Shown here in pieces: positions 13,210-26,140 of a stretch of 64,000 bases of DNA. Origin of the DNA: Neoechinorhynchus agilis. Taxonomy: Eukaryota > Animalia > Acanthocephala. The notes beneath the pieces were generated by a model, which did not search any database, had not been told where the DNA came from, and saw nothing but the letters and a program-made list of their open reading frames with translations. The stretch is from the NCBI GenBank assembly GCA_051530055.1, contig CM121342.1, forward strand, positions 62,001 to 126,000, read 5' to 3'. Positions within the stretch are counted from its first letter, which is position 1. Each line of letters begins with the position of its first letter. The position numbers and the translations under genes were made by a program.

Positions 13210-13858
13210 CAATAAAGTTTTCGAATAGGTCGAGGACAATTCGTCCCCAATGCCTCTAATCATTCGCTTTACCAGATAAAACTGTCTTATGCAACACCAG
13301 CTTTCCTGGGGGAAACTTCGAAGGGAATCAGCTACTGGATGGTTCGATTAGTCTTTCGCCCCTATACACAAATCTGACGATTGATTTGCACGTCAAAAAC
13401 GATACGGACCTCCACCAGAGTTTCCTCCGGCTTCATCCTACTCAGGCATAGTTCACCATCTTTCGGGTCTCAACATGTTCGCTCAATTGCGAACAACAAC
13501 CAACAGTACCTTGCATGTGCCATCCATCATAGGCGATGACCCGGCTAACGGCCAATAACCGCAGCTGGTTATCACAATCATTAAAAAAAACTCGCGTTAA
13601 CTATGCTATCCAGCTTTATTTATTTATCTGGATAACTCGCGCATTTGTTGAACTCCTTATCCCGTGTTTCAAGACGGTTCAAATGATGCCGCCGTTTTAC
13701 CCGCATTATCTTCTCGAACATCCGACTGAATCCGTAATCAACATCGACGAACAAGCCTAACAGTGAGTGAAACAACACCGAAAGAATCCAACGATGCTGG
13801 CGATTGCGTCATCGGAATGCTCAATTTTAGTTTAAAAACTCAACCTCAACCGACCGTT
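13210..13858 (-). rRNA. 28S rDNA pseudogene fragment (end of D2, D3, through helix 38)
   Basis: Reverse strand contains CCGTCTTGAAACACGG, GACCCGAAAGATGGTGAACTATGCCTGAG, GGGGCGAAAGACTAATCGAACC and GGTAAAGCGAATGATTAGAGG..ACCTATTC.AAACTTT. Confidence 0.92.
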
Positions 13859-14030
13859 AGGTCAACAACACGAACCTTTTTGCACCGCACGCTTCTCTGC
13901 CCAGCTCATAGAGCTTTCAATTACGTCACACCATCATGAACTCTTTTTACCACATGCTTCTCTGTCGTTCTCAGAGAGCTATCAATTAGGTCAACAACAT
14001 GAACCTTTTTGCACCGCACGCTTTCGAATA
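13859..14030. repeat. Short tandem repeat, ~64-bp unit, ~2.7 copies
   Basis: AGGTCAACAAC..GAACCTTTTTGCACCGCACGCTT at 13859 and ~13988, with a diverged middle unit. Confidence 0.6.
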
Positions 14031-14625
14031 TCACAGTTGTAGTTTAGGACGTCGGTCAATTTCGTACATCGCAACGCGCTGATTCCGAATCTGTATCCAG
14101 ATTTGCGATAGCTGTAATGGTTCTTGAGTTATTTGTTGTTCAATTTTGAGACAAACTCCCTTGATTATTGATATTAAAACGTCGATAAATTTAAGATAAA
14201 ATGAACTTTTTTAGATCTACTTTTGACGCTGAATTCACCTGCAATAACGGTTTGATGTGGCTTTTTAAATTTTTACACTTAGTTTAAGGATTGAAGTTCA
14301 TAAAAGGCACCTGAATTAAATCTGTAGTACTCGTTAGTGGTTACGAAATGATAAAACATTTTGAGCATATATAATGCGCTGATTTCAATGGTGTTTTCTA
14401 ATTTTAATGAATCTTGCAAATTTAGTGATCTTTGACTCTTGTAACTTTTGACCAAATATGATAATGCGATTTCCGATTCGAATATTGCAGCTATAGTTTA
14501 GGACGTCGGTTAATTTAGTACATCGCAAAGCGCTGATTCCAAATCTGTATCAAGATTTGCGATATCTGTAATGGTTCTTGAGTTATTCGTTATTTAATTT
14601 TTAGACAAACTACCTTGATTATAGA
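14030..14625 (-). repeat. 455-bp satellite, ~1.3 units, inverted relative to the 2.6-4.4 kb array
   Basis: Reverse complement matches the 455-bp unit (GCGCTGATT, TTATTCGTTGTTCAAT, CTTGATTATTGATATTAAAAC). Confidence 0.85.
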
Positions 14626-16550
14626 TATTGTCAATCAATTTAAGATAGAGGAGAGGGGAAAGTACGGCGCCTTTGGGGACCCCTTTAAATATCGGTAGAG
14701 AAGAGGAGCAAGAAGTTCCACATTGAATATATTGTTTGTAGTTAGAGAGGAAAGAGGAAATCCAAGCGAGTTGCAAAGTTGGGAGGCCAAAGCAAGCACA
14801 TGATTGGAGGAGAAGGGAGTGATCTACCGGCTCGAACGCCCTGGAAATATCCAGTTGCATGAGACGGACGGTTGATGCTGGCTTGGAATCTAAGCTGCGC
14901 CCAAGCGTATCGTAGATGCAGAGGAGGGCATCAGAACAAGAGTAATTGGGACGGAAAGCGAATTGGGAAGAGGAGATGTTTTTGGGGAAGAAGTGATGTA
15001 GACGGGTTTTAAAACATTTTTCTAAGATTTTAGAGAAAGGTGAGAGGATAGAGATGGGGCGATAGGATGTGGGGGAAATCTGCTTATCGTTTTTGGGTAG
15101 GGGGACGACACGGGCTTCCTTAAGACACGATGGGAAAGATCCCAATAGAAAGCTAAGGTTCGTCATGTGCATTAGAGGATCGATAAGTTCCGGGATGATG
15201 AGGCGAACGGCCCAATTCGGGATAGTCGAATTAGGTGAAGAATGACGGGGCAGGCGTTTAACGATCTCTAGGATTTCGAGAGGGGAAACTAAGGAAGGGC
15301 ATGTATGAATGGGCTGGTCAGAAAGTTAGAAGGGAGGTTGGGACAATAGATGGGAGGTTTAGGGAGGACAGAGGTTTTTATTCATGGAGTTAAGAATTGA
15401 GAGGAGATCAGATTTGGGGAGAGATGCGAAGGGGGCGGATCTACCAAGACCAGTGCCATTTTTTATTTCACGCCACCAGTTTTGATTGGGGACGGACGAG
15501 ATGAGAGGAATAATTTGCGGGCTATACGGATGCGTTTTGTCAGTCTGGAGTATAGGGAGGGGTAAGCAGGATTACCTGACCGGAAAGCTTTGGTCACCTG
15601 GATTTGAAGGGTTTTTAGAAAAGGCGAGAACCATAGAGGGTCGCGGTTCGAGATTCGTATTGTTTTGCGAGGAAAGGAGATCTTCATCGTAGATTCTATT
15701 AGATTTAACAAAGAGCCCATTGCAATCGAGGGGTCGGTGCCAAAGATGGTAGAGCAGTTCTGCGTGATAAGAGTATTGACACATGCAGCAAAGGCTTGGG
15801 TATGATGATCACGTTTATCCCAGACAACGTAGGGGTCGGAAAAGGAACGTTTTTGAGGTGATGAGGGGGAGAGAAGGATGGAACAATGGTCAGGTGAGGC
15901 GATCGGGGGAGTTCGGTAGTGCACGAGTATTGCCTGATGTTTGAGAAAATTTTATCAAGGCGGGAGGAGAAGCGTGTGGGGAAAGTAGCGAGTTGGGAGA
16001 GATGAGAGAGCGAGGGCAGGATCGGCAGTTTGTTAAAATCGCCCAATATGATGAAGTGATCTGAGGAAGTGGAAAGTAGGTCAGTAAATAAGGGGTCTAT
16101 TTGTTGAAGTGTGTTGGGGATGTTTGAGGAAGGAGGGCGATAAAGGCCAGCGATAGAGATCTCACGTTGGCCATTGCGAAGGGGGAGATGAAGTTGGATG
16201 TGTAGCCATTCAAGATCGTCGGAGATGAAAAGGTAGGGTGAAGAGCAATGGTAAGGGAGAGAGGCGCGGATGAAGATCGATATGACTCCCCCGTTTAGGA
16301 AGTCCCTTGTGAGGTTAAAAGCTTGAAAGTTCTGAAGGAAGACAGATAATTCGCTATGGGGTGAGAGCCATGTTTCCGTAATTACAAGGATGTCGGTGTT
16401 GCAAGAAGAGGCCACTATATAGAGCTATTCCAGTTTGGGGAGGAGGCTGTGGATGTTAGAATAAAAGATTATTGGAAAGGGATGTTTAGAAGGGACATGA
16501 GGGGTGGACACTGCCGGAGAGGGTTGAAGCTACGCAGAGAGAGAATGGAT
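14625..16550 (-). mobile_element. CR1/L2-clade LINE ORF2 (APE + RT), 3'-truncated and frameshifted
   Basis: APE: NIHSL, ITETWL, LYRPP, LGDFN, LDKIF, SPDH. RT: YRPISIL, QFAFRP, LDISRAF, GVPKGAVLSP. Confidence 0.88.
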
Positions 16551-16554
16551 GGGA

Positions 16555-18720
16555 ATTGCGCGTCTGAACATACTGCTTCCATCCGCAATATTTCGAGAGT
16601 GGTTTTGCCGGATGAAGTCTTGGAGCTACTCAGCTATGGTCCGGATTTTATTCCCTACAATCGATCAAAGAGAATCAACTATAGAATCAAGTTAGAAAAT
16701 ATCGCAATGAGAGTGGAAGTAGATAATCTAGATATCCCGATAAGGAAAATCGAGTGTTTCTATGAATCTGCCTTCAAGAGGAGAGGAGTGGATTCAAATG
16801 TTTCACGAAGGATGCTAAGAGGGGTGGATATGCTCAGGTTACTCACACAGATAGTTCCATTGAAGATCGATAAAGGATATGGGTACTGTGTAGTTAGTCA
16901 GCAACAGTATATTGGTGCAAGAGAGGAAATCTTAAATGGAGCTGAATTTTCAGGATTGTCTAAATGCCCAACGTCCAGCCGTAAAAAGGTATTTAATTCC
17001 TTTCTTTTGAACCTCAAAAAAAGAGGCAGGCTTCCGGATGTGGATTATAAGATCCTTCGCTCTACCGATGCGAAAACGCCAAAAATGTACTTGCGAAGGT
17101 ACATAAAGAGCCTGCCAAGTTAAGACCAATAATTGCAGCACACTCCACTTTCTGCACGAACATCTCAAGGATAATGAATAGCTGGTATGTTGAGGAGCCC
17201 AATGGGATCTTCGGACTGTAATAATTCCTTTAACCAAAACGACGGCTTTATTTCAACAAAAATGGAGTATAGGAAATGATGCGGCGCTAGTTAACATTCG
17301 CACCCAACTACGCATCGACACACTACTGATCTACGCATCGACACAATATTGATTATTATACCACGGAGAAGGTGTTGTCTTCGGGAGCTAACTTCGTATC
17401 AAGATTGAAATCATCGTGGAATTCCAAGTATAGAATGATGTCGGCAGATGTGGTTTCTCTGTTGACGAAAATTCCTATCGATGAAGTAATAGAACTCGCA
17501 GTTCCAATCCTGTATACGAATGCTGAATGGAAGTTAACTATAAGCGACTGGCGAAAATTATTGCATTTTGTACCAGATTCTGCAACTTCCAATTTAATGG
17601 CATCGACTACGACCAGATAGATGGAGTGGCGATGGGTAGCCCGTTAGCCCCTGTACTTGCTAAGCTGTACATGCGGCACTGAAAGGGCGAACATTTGTCG
17701 TCGATAAGAGGCATCAATACCTGGCTTAGATATGTTGACGACACGTTCCTGTTAATTGACCCTTCGGAGACTAATATAGATCGTCTTAAGTTCGAGTTAA
17801 ACGGAAAAGACAGGAATATTCAGTGGACGATTGAGGACGAAAATCAAGGAATATTTCCTTTTCTCAATGTAAGAATTGATCGATCATACAATTTTCACTA
17901 CACGACCAGCGTATATCGAAAGAGAGGTATAACAGTGGGCCTTGTGCAATGGACTTCAGCCCAACCTCGAAAATACAAGATTTCGAGGATCATATCGCTC
18001 ATCCTCTGCGCTCTCACACACTGCAGCAATGACAAGTTGGTCAACGAGGAGATTGATTTCCTAAAATATCTGTCAGGTCGATATGGCTATCCGCTCCAGG
18101 TTCTTGAAGAGTGTGTTCGGAATGTGTGGTATGTATCCCAAAGTGAGTCGAAGTCGATAAAGGAAAGTGTGTTTATTAAGCTACCATTTCCTGACGATCG
18201 CTCGTATCACGCGATGGAGCGTATGATGAAATCTGGATGCGATTCAAAACGAGTTGACGTTTACACCAAGAGGGGGCGTAATCTACATGGACTGATTTGT
18301 CCCAAGAAAGATCAGCAGACATCCGCCTCGGTTTACAAAATCCAGTGTTCTTGGTGCGAACAGGTTTACGTGGGACAAACCAACAATTTTAAAAGGCGGA
18401 TGAATGAACACAAATCTTTAATTGCTCGTAATACGGATATGAGTTCAGCAGTGGTGGCTCACACAAAAAATACCGGCCACAATTGATTTTAATGGTGCTG
18501 CCACACCCGTACGTAACGATAAACGATTTGAACGAATTGTTGTAGAGACCCTTTACATCAGCAGGTATAATACTTTTGAAGACAATAAGCCAGACTTCAG
18601 AGTGAGGATGAGAGTTCCACCGGATATAACTTGATAATCCCTGAATGTGTGTATTTTAGATTCTGAAGAAGATCCACGATAGAAGATCGAAATATTGAAT
18701 TTAACAAATAATCAATTGTA
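16555..18720 (+). mobile_element. Penelope-like element (RT + GIY-YIG endonuclease), frameshifted
   Basis: LLSYGPDF, KIDKG, SADVVSLLTKIP, GVAMGSPLAP, RYVDDTF, PFLNV, VYKIQCSWCEQVYVGQT..RMNEH. Confidence 0.92.
18663..18696 (+). ncRNA. Minimal hammerhead-ribozyme-like core at the Penelope 3' end
   Basis: CTGAAGA-A-GATC(CACGATAGAA)GATC-GAAA-TATT: conserved core boxes with a stem II. Stems I and III are imperfect. Confidence 0.5.
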
Positions 18721-18741
18721 GTTCCCTCAAAGAACCAACAA

Positions 18742-19490
18742 ATCAGGCATAGTTCACCATCTTTCGGGTCTCAACATGTACGCTCAATAGCGAGCAACAA
18801 CCAGCAGTACCTTGCATGTGCCATCCATCAAAGGTGATGACCCGGCTAACGGCCAATAACCGCAGCTGGTTATCACAATCATTAACAAACTCGCGTTAAC
18901 TATGCTATCCACCTTTATTATTGATCTGGATAACTCGCGCATTTGTTGTACTCCTTAGCCCGTGTTTCAAGACGGTTCAAATGATGCCGCCGTTTTACCC
19001 GCATTATCTTCTCGAACATCCGACTGAATCCGCAATCAATATCGACGAACAAGCCTAACAGTGAGCGAAACAACACCGAAAGAATTCAACGATGCTGGCG
19101 ATTGCGTCACTGGAATACTCAATTTTAGTTTAAAAAGTCAACCTCAGCCGACCGTTGCCTGCAAAGGCAATTTGACTATCACATAGATATGTGATCCTGC
19201 GAACTCATCCAATGTCAATTCACCAATATCGACAAAGTCAATAGGTGAAGTTCAACGCGTCTGCGGCAGAGGCACAGTCATGCAGAGCGTCAGCCAACAA
19301 ATTGCGATGTACGCTTCAGTACACATACACGAGTGTGTGTGTATGTACCAGCAGATAACACATCTGAATTGCCAAGACCGAACCTTATGCGTACCCATTT
19401 GCTTTTCAATGTGCAGTTTCACGTACTATTTAACTATCTTTTCAAAGTCCTTTTCAACTTTCCCTCGCGGTAGCAATAGTTACGTCCGCC
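18742..19490 (-). rRNA. 28S rDNA pseudogene fragment (conserved block before D2, D2, D3)
   Basis: Reverse strand has TACCGCGAGGGAAAGTTGAAAAGGACTTTGAAAAGA..GTACGTGAAA, CCGTCTTGAAACACGG and GACCCGAAAGATGGTGAACTATGCCTGA. It overlaps the 13.2-13.9 kb piece in sequence. Confidence 0.92.
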
Positions 19491-19620
19491 GTTCACTTAT
19501 TTCAAAAACGTCATCAGCTGAAAAAGATAAAACACGTGCTCATGCATTGTCTTCTGATTTTTAGCAAATAACATACAGGAAAACAGAAATCGACTTCAGT
19601 GTTTTATTTGTGCTGCCCAA
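19490..19620. repeat. Single monomer of the ~135-bp satellite
   Basis: ACACGTGCTCATGC..TCTTCTGATTT..GCAAATAACATACAGGAAAACAGAAATCGAC, as at 34.1-34.8 and 37.2-38.0 kb. Confidence 0.65.
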
Positions 19621-19785
19621 ATGGTGGCGTTTGTTGTGCGAAATGATTGAGTATTGCGGAACTGGCATCGGTAGCTCTCTTCTGAGTACACTTATGTTCT
19701 TTAAGAATCTGAAAAGGAATAAGCACGCGTCCCCGGCGGAAGGGGAATAACCTTGGACTCACGTATTAAAAACTTACAAACAATA

Positions 19786-19819
19786 CTGAAGAAGATCCGA
19801 GATAGAGGATCGAAATATT
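19786..19819 (+). ncRNA. Second hammerhead-like core (orphan Penelope terminal fragment)
   Basis: CTGAAGA-A-GATCC(GAGATAGA)GGATC-GAAA-TATT, with a perfect 5-bp stem II. Confidence 0.5.
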
Positions 19820-19879
19820 TAATTTAATTAAATTTAATTACTTTCTCCACTCGAACAAAACAATGATGAACTATCTTTT

Positions 19880-22300
19880 AAAAATATTTCGTTTTTCATC
19901 ACTTGCCATCTCCGCGTTAATTTGTCCCGGCAAACCATTCGAATAATTTGCTATAGTTATCCATTGTTGTCTTAATGTTCAAGGGGCACTCTTTTTTCTC
20001 CATCCTTGAGCACATCGGCCGCAAGCCTTAAGATGTTCGCCAAGTACAGGGTTCTGTTGCGTCGTCTCTGGTTCCCGATCTTCAAATATATTCAGGCTTC
20101 GACGCCTTGCCTGATTCATCAGAACGGATATTATATACTTATCTTGCGAAAAACCGGGACAAAGGATTCGGCTTTCTTACTTATCAAAAGGTAGTGGACC
20201 GTAAAATCACACCAGTATGCTTCGGCAGCTGCGAATATCACAAACATTGGAGATACTACGGTACCTTCTTGGAGTCCACCGAGGTGAATTTACAGTGCTA
20301 CGTTCGCGCCGGCGAAGCTTAGTGCAACCTTTTGGTAGTTCTCCAAATTGCTATGTACCTCTTTTGAGGTTATCGTAGTTACCTTTTTCCACAATGAAGG
20401 GCTTCCCGCCACGTGATAGGCGATCGTACCAAGCATCTGTTGAGGACCATCTTAAACGCCAACTGTTAGGACGAGAAGTCTTAAATTTTTTTAGAAGGAG
20501 TGATTCTTTACCATTGGAAAAGTTTCCTTTCGCCTTTTTTCGCCAATTTATTAACATCAAAGTCGATTCTATATCATGCTTCTGGAAAAACTTCTTCCCT
20601 CGCTCTAGAGGTAGCAGGTACTTCAGTGCTACGCCCGCAAGGCGACTATTGTTCATATCGCTTTGCTACCCCATCAACAAATTTTAAATTGGGGTTAGCC
20701 TTCCTTTTAATTGAGGATACGTCGATCGTTCTCGAGGTGACTGCGGTATCTGCGATGCAAATTCTTTTTACCGGAAGCCCTAATTCGGCATGTCATTACC
20801 CATGCTCTATTGAGCGGAAACTAAGGCCTCCCCTGCTCAGCGGTAAGTTTATCACTCCGCTATTTGTATGCGGGCAGAAACAATAGTCTTTTTAACTTGG
20901 TCCTCTAATGCTTATCAACTTTCCTTAAATCGCTTATTGACATAAACACCGCGTTCTGCAGGTCTACAAGGATACTTGGGAGTTCGTAGTCGTTTCATAA
21001 ATGAGCGGCTTGTGTTGGCGATAGTTGAGCATCCTTGGTTTTGTCCTACAAATCATCGAGAATTGCGAGTGTCTCACTTAATTCGGTTTTACGCCAAGGT
21101 GTACCATCAAGGTAGAATGTGGAGTCACCTTCTCATATGGGTTTTACATTCATCCCATCGATTGCTACAAAAGGCGTACTACCAACGCACAATTTCCAAT
21201 TTTTATAGTATTGTGAACAATTTTGGCATTTCTCGGAAGATAATTTTAGCCCCCTCTCTTAGTTGATGAACAGCTATGCTTGTCACTGCCTTTATTTCGC
21301 CTTCATCCCAATCAGGGCAATGTCGTATGCGTATGATATGCGCGGGACGTAGGTATTCTTGTTTCGGTATCCTTTGCCTCTTGCAGATCGACATCGTCCA
21401 TACAAATGGCAAATGACGTTAGTGAGAGTGGGTCTCCTCGTTTCTCACATCGATCAAATCGAATAGGCTTGGTTGGAGGGCCCTTTGGGCAGTGTATTTT
21501 TTTTAAAAGTGACTTGAATGCGTTCGATATATAACGATTTGTTGTTCGTAATATGTCCGATTGTTAAGCAGGCTCTCAATAACTTTTGCGGGAACAACGT
21601 GACCCCGAGCAGGATTTTTATGCATATGGAAAGCAATAGCATTTAGGCACATATTGCTACAACGCCGTAGCTTGATAATTTTTAATCCCATGGCTTTCGC
21701 TTCGGATTGGTTAGTGGTGCGGCTGGTGAACTTTTCACACCAAAGGTAATCACAATACATCTCATTGACTTCGTCGATATGATTTCGGTTGATCGAACCA
21801 CTGTGATCACGAAGTAGTACTGAAAGTGACTCCAGAAAACCGCGGTACCGATTATGAAGGTAGGTTGACTTTAGCGAGGTAAGTACGAACTCGCAAGCTT
21901 CTGCAGTCGTAAAGCGAGTTGGGCAAACTTCATTGTTCGGTTGATTGCTGGAACAGTAATCACTGCAAACCTTGATACGACGGATGTTGGATCGACGGAA
22001 ACCATCATTAAGGTTGGTTTGAGGCGGAATGTGATTGAGTGCGTCCTTGGATGTGTTTACTTCCGAGATACAAGTGCCAGCCCCAATATGGGTCACTCCG
22101 GAGTGCGCTGGATTGTTTGGCCGATGCACACCTTGTCACACTGGGTACACTATATTTTATACACACCTCGAGGCAAATCATTGCGCCCCTTCTTTTTAAA
22201 CGTCCCTTGGAATAATCGGGTTCGATTTCAATGGGATATGAAGTGGCCATCGATTGGATGGACCGAATAGATGGCAAAGACGTCTACTGTAAATTTGTTT
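19880..22300 (-). mobile_element. Highly degenerate R2-like RLE element (OTU-like domain, internal deletion, RT remnant, thumb, RLE)
   Basis: AMGLKIIKLRRCSNMCLNAIAFH in ORF 21503..22129; KRGDPLS..FAICMDDV near 21400; KRLLFLP...LPLSRG near 20850; IRSDESGK.SKP near 20100. Confidence 0.75.
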
Positions 22301-22700
22301 GCTACTCTCCGCAAACGACTGAACGTTGGTGCAAATGGCATTCCATTTTTACCTTTTTAAACTTTTTATTATTACTAGTCAAACCTTTGCACGCAAAAGT
22401 CCTTCAGTTCACCGGTCCAGGTACAAGGTAATGAGTCTAAATGCTTCATAAAAGTTATTAGGAACTGTGGCTTATGTTCGGCGGTTTCGACCTCGGATTG
22501 ATGTTCGAATAGTTTAACCCTTGACTTTCCAACCGTCACCAGATCGCAATCGGGGCACTTGAGCCCATGTCCCTGAGAGATTGCGTAGACAATTCTGCAT
22601 TCTCGGCTGACTTGTTCAGGGCTTATAATCTTCGCTAAATTGTTTCTCGATGCTTACGTTACGATTGCCGTTTGATTAACAGCTGTTGAGTTATATTCTG

Positions 22701-22830
22701 TGTTATAATATATGCCTGAGCTAGACCTGAACTAGGTTTTATTGAGCCAACGAAACGAAATAACAAAACGAACGTGCGCACACTTGAAACCGCCACTATC
22801 GATCGGTCAATTGTTACGCTCAATATCACA
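22701..22830 (-). repeat. 3' LTR (130 bp)
   Basis: Near-identical to 26141-26259 apart from an ~11-bp insertion; TG...CA ends. Confidence 0.92.
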
Positions 22831-25290
22831 ATCACCACCCCTTCAATATTGTTTTTTCCGAACGCGGCAGGACCTCCGGCTTGCCCATTTTCCATGACAT
22901 ACTCCATCCCCATCTTTTCCATTTCAGCGGTATCATTTTCTTTTGCGTCTCCTTAGAATTGAGGGTATTCTTTGCTCATTTTGTTCTCCGATAAATCGCC
23001 TCCAGTGGGAGCCAATCTCTGTGTGGAAACCAATTGGCGATGACCATCGGAGAATTCAATCAGTGCATTCTTTTCATTGGCGCTGATCAGTCCCACTTCG
23101 TTTACCTGGTCGTCAAATTTCCATTTGGGGTTCGTGTTTCGAAAGTAGGCTTTCTCATCGGACGAGATCCAGCCCGGTATGGGTGAGAAGATCTCGCATC
23201 GTCGCCGCAAGTCGAACATTCGCTCATGAGAGGTCTGACCAGTGCTCGTACAAAGTAGCATGCGTATTTTTACGAGTGCCTCATGAAGTACACCGGACCA
23301 TTTGCTTATGGACAGGTTCCTATCGTTTAGCATTAGCTCATCTGTTTTCAAGTAGTATGGCTTAGACAAGTGCGTTTCGACCTAACAGTATTGGCGGAGC
23401 AATCTTGACATGCGAACGCGAACGGGAACCTGGAATATTCATCGATGGCGACTAGTAGATATTGGTACCCACTGTTCGTACGAGGAAGCGGTCCTTCGAA
23501 GTCCATTGATAGACGTCCAAAAGGTCTCGTTGCCTTGACGAGGTGTAGACCTTGTGGCTTGAAAAACCTCGGCTTAATACAACAGCAAACAGGGCAAGCG
23601 GCGATAACTTCACGGATTTCCTGTAAAGAGAAGGCAATATTATTCTGCCTCGTATAATGCTGCATTCTTGTAACACCCGGATGACCAAGTTTTCTATGGA
23701 TTTCGTGGAGTCGTCGTAGTCTCGAACCATTTTCTCCGTCATATATTGCTGCGCAACTATCGCGTGACAGAACGTCGGCAGCTAGATTTTCTCGTCCGGC
23801 GCGATATTTCAATCTATATTTATAGGGGGATAGTTCTCACCTCCAACGAAGGATTCGCTCGTTTCTAATTTTTTTTGAATGTTGTTGGTTGAGATTCATT
23901 GCTTCCTTTTCGACGATATGGTATCGCTTTTCGTGTTTGTTCAATGTCTTCGAAAAGAAGGCCACAGGGCGTCCACTTTGGAATAAAGCCGCTCCAACGG
24001 CGTTTTCCGATGCATCTGTTTCAAGGACAAATTCTTTTCCTTCGTCGATACTATTAATCACCGCATTTTTGATATCGGCTTTTAGGGACTGAATCAAGGT
24101 CGTTATTTCATTGGACAAGGGAAATTTTATGTGATTCGATACCAGGAGCTGAATTCTCTTCGAATAATTCGGAATCCACCGACTGTAGTACTCGAACTTG
24201 TCGGTGGGAGTCGCTATGTCGTTGAGAGGCTTAAATCTGTTAGGGTCAGGTCTTAACTGCCCATCCCCGATTTCGTGTCCTAGCACAAAAGCTCTTTTGA
24301 GTCCATATCTGCTTTTCGAGCCGTATAGTTTCAGTCCTCTCTTGGTCGCCGCTTCCTTGAAACGTTCAAGATTTTGATCATGTTCTTGTTGGGTCTTCCC
24401 ACATATGACTACATCATCCAAATACGAATAAGTATTTCCGAGTTTATTTTCTTCGATGATGTGATTCATGAAGCGTTGGAACACGGCCACACCATTCGTG
24501 ACTCCCATGGGAATTTTCTTGAATCGGTATAATCTTCCGCAAGCTTCGAAGGACGTATAATTTCTCTCTTTGGTGTCTATCGGAACTTGATAGTATGCAT
24601 CCTTCAAGTCAATTTGACTAAACACTGTATTCTTTGCGATATCATTAACTATGGTTTCAATTTTCGGTAACGGGTAGGCATCCAGGTATGTTAACCTATT
24701 TATCGTTTGAGAAAAGTCGACAACAAGTCGTTTTTTGTCGTTTTCTTTTTTAACGAGGACAACTTGAGCACGCCACGGCGAGTTTTAAGTCTCTATAATA
24801 TCATCTTTAAGCATACGTCCTATCTCCGATTCGATAAGTTGAAAATCCGGTACAAAATACGATATAGATTTCGTGGCGATCGGCCGGCAATCAGCGCCCA
24901 AATTTTCGAAAAGGGTCGGACTGAATACGGTCTCGCTTGATGTATGATCGGTAACGGCGGCTGTCAATTCGAGAATGTTTTCCTCTCAATTCAGTTTTAC
25001 TCGTAATTCCTTGTTTAGTTTGATAAAGCACAAACCCAAGATAATGTCACAGCATAAGTCATGCAATGTATAGAATTCTAAATTTTCAATATTCTCTTCC
25101 TCATACTGTACATCGGTATAGGTCTTTCCTAGCGCCCTCTTTGTTGCACGTCCGGATTCCATAGAAACATTCATACATACAGGCTCTGAAACATGATTAA
25201 GTTTTTTCGAGGCGCTGTTGTCGATGAAATTGAAAGAGCTACCGGTATCGAGTAAGGCTTGAAACGTCTTGTTTTGAATCGTTACTGGGA

Positions 25291-26058
25291 TTACCAGCGA
25301 ATCTTAGCGAAATGCCCACTATTTTGGCAGTTATAACACCTGGCTTCGTTAGCAGGACATAGGTTTCTAAGATGTCGCTTATTCCCACAGAAAAAGCATA
25401 TTGATCGACCGGAAAATCCCTCGCTCTTACCGCTACCCATAGCAGCGTTGCAATTCAGATTTTCAGTTATAGAATCAGCAAAGGTAGAATCAGCGACGGT
25501 TAGACTGCGTAAGCATTCGCTGGTTTTACTGTCATCGAATTGTCCCAAATCATCTACCGCACATTTGATACTTTTCGAGATCGTGATAGCCTTTAATAGG
25601 ATCAAATCCTCGATTTCCAACAATCTTCCCCTTATGTTACTCGATTTGATCCCAAAAATAAATGCATCTCGGATGGATTCATCTTTGATATCTTCTCCAC
25701 TATATGTCTTGAAGCCACAATCACGAGCGATGCTCCTTAAGCTCAGGACGTATTGGTCGATGCCCTCCGAATCCAGCTGTTTGCGAGTGACGAGCAAATG
25801 TCGAGTAAATACAACATTTGGTTTTTTGACATAGAGCTTTTCCAAGGTAGAGAACGCATCGTCAAAACTTTGGGCTTCCTCGAGAAGCTCAAATACATCC
25901 GGTCCAATATTGGCAAATAGGTACTCGAGTTTGTCATCCTTGTTGTTGACCGATTGTATGAGGTACTTGAAGTTCCGTTTCCACAATTTGAATCTTTTCG
26001 CCGAACCGTTTTCATGCGGTAACGTATTGAACCGTTCGATTTTAAAGTTTGGGTTCAT
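25291..26058 (-). CDS. gag: gag of the gypsy element
   Basis: 255-aa ORF: FKLWKRNF, RKQLDSEGIDQYV..L..IARDCGF, IRDAFIFGI...RLLE, CFFCG..H...C and CYNC...GH knuckles. Confidence 0.85.
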   Translation of the reverse strand: MNPNFKIERFNTLPHENGSAKRFKLWKRNFKYLIQSVNNKDDKLEYLFANIGPDVFELLEEAQSFDDAFSTLEKLYVKKPNVVFTRHLLVTRKQLDSEGIDQYVLSLRSIARDCGFKTYSGEDIKDESIRDAFIFGIKSSNIRGRLLEIEDLILLKAITISKSIKCAVDDLGQFDDSKTSECLRSLTVADSTFADSITENLNCNAAMGSGKSEGFSGRSICFFCGNKRHLRNLCPANEARCYNCQNSGHFAKIRW

Positions 26059-26140
26059 TCTTTGGCATGAACTGGTTTAATCGTCCAATAGAGATTTTTC
26101 GTTCTCCATAGAATTCGAGTAAAAGGTTGGCTTAATAAAT

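Noticed and set aside
13210-19490. Functional rRNA operon
   Set aside because: Only disjoint, mutually diverged 28S pieces; I found no 18S, 5.8S or ITS.
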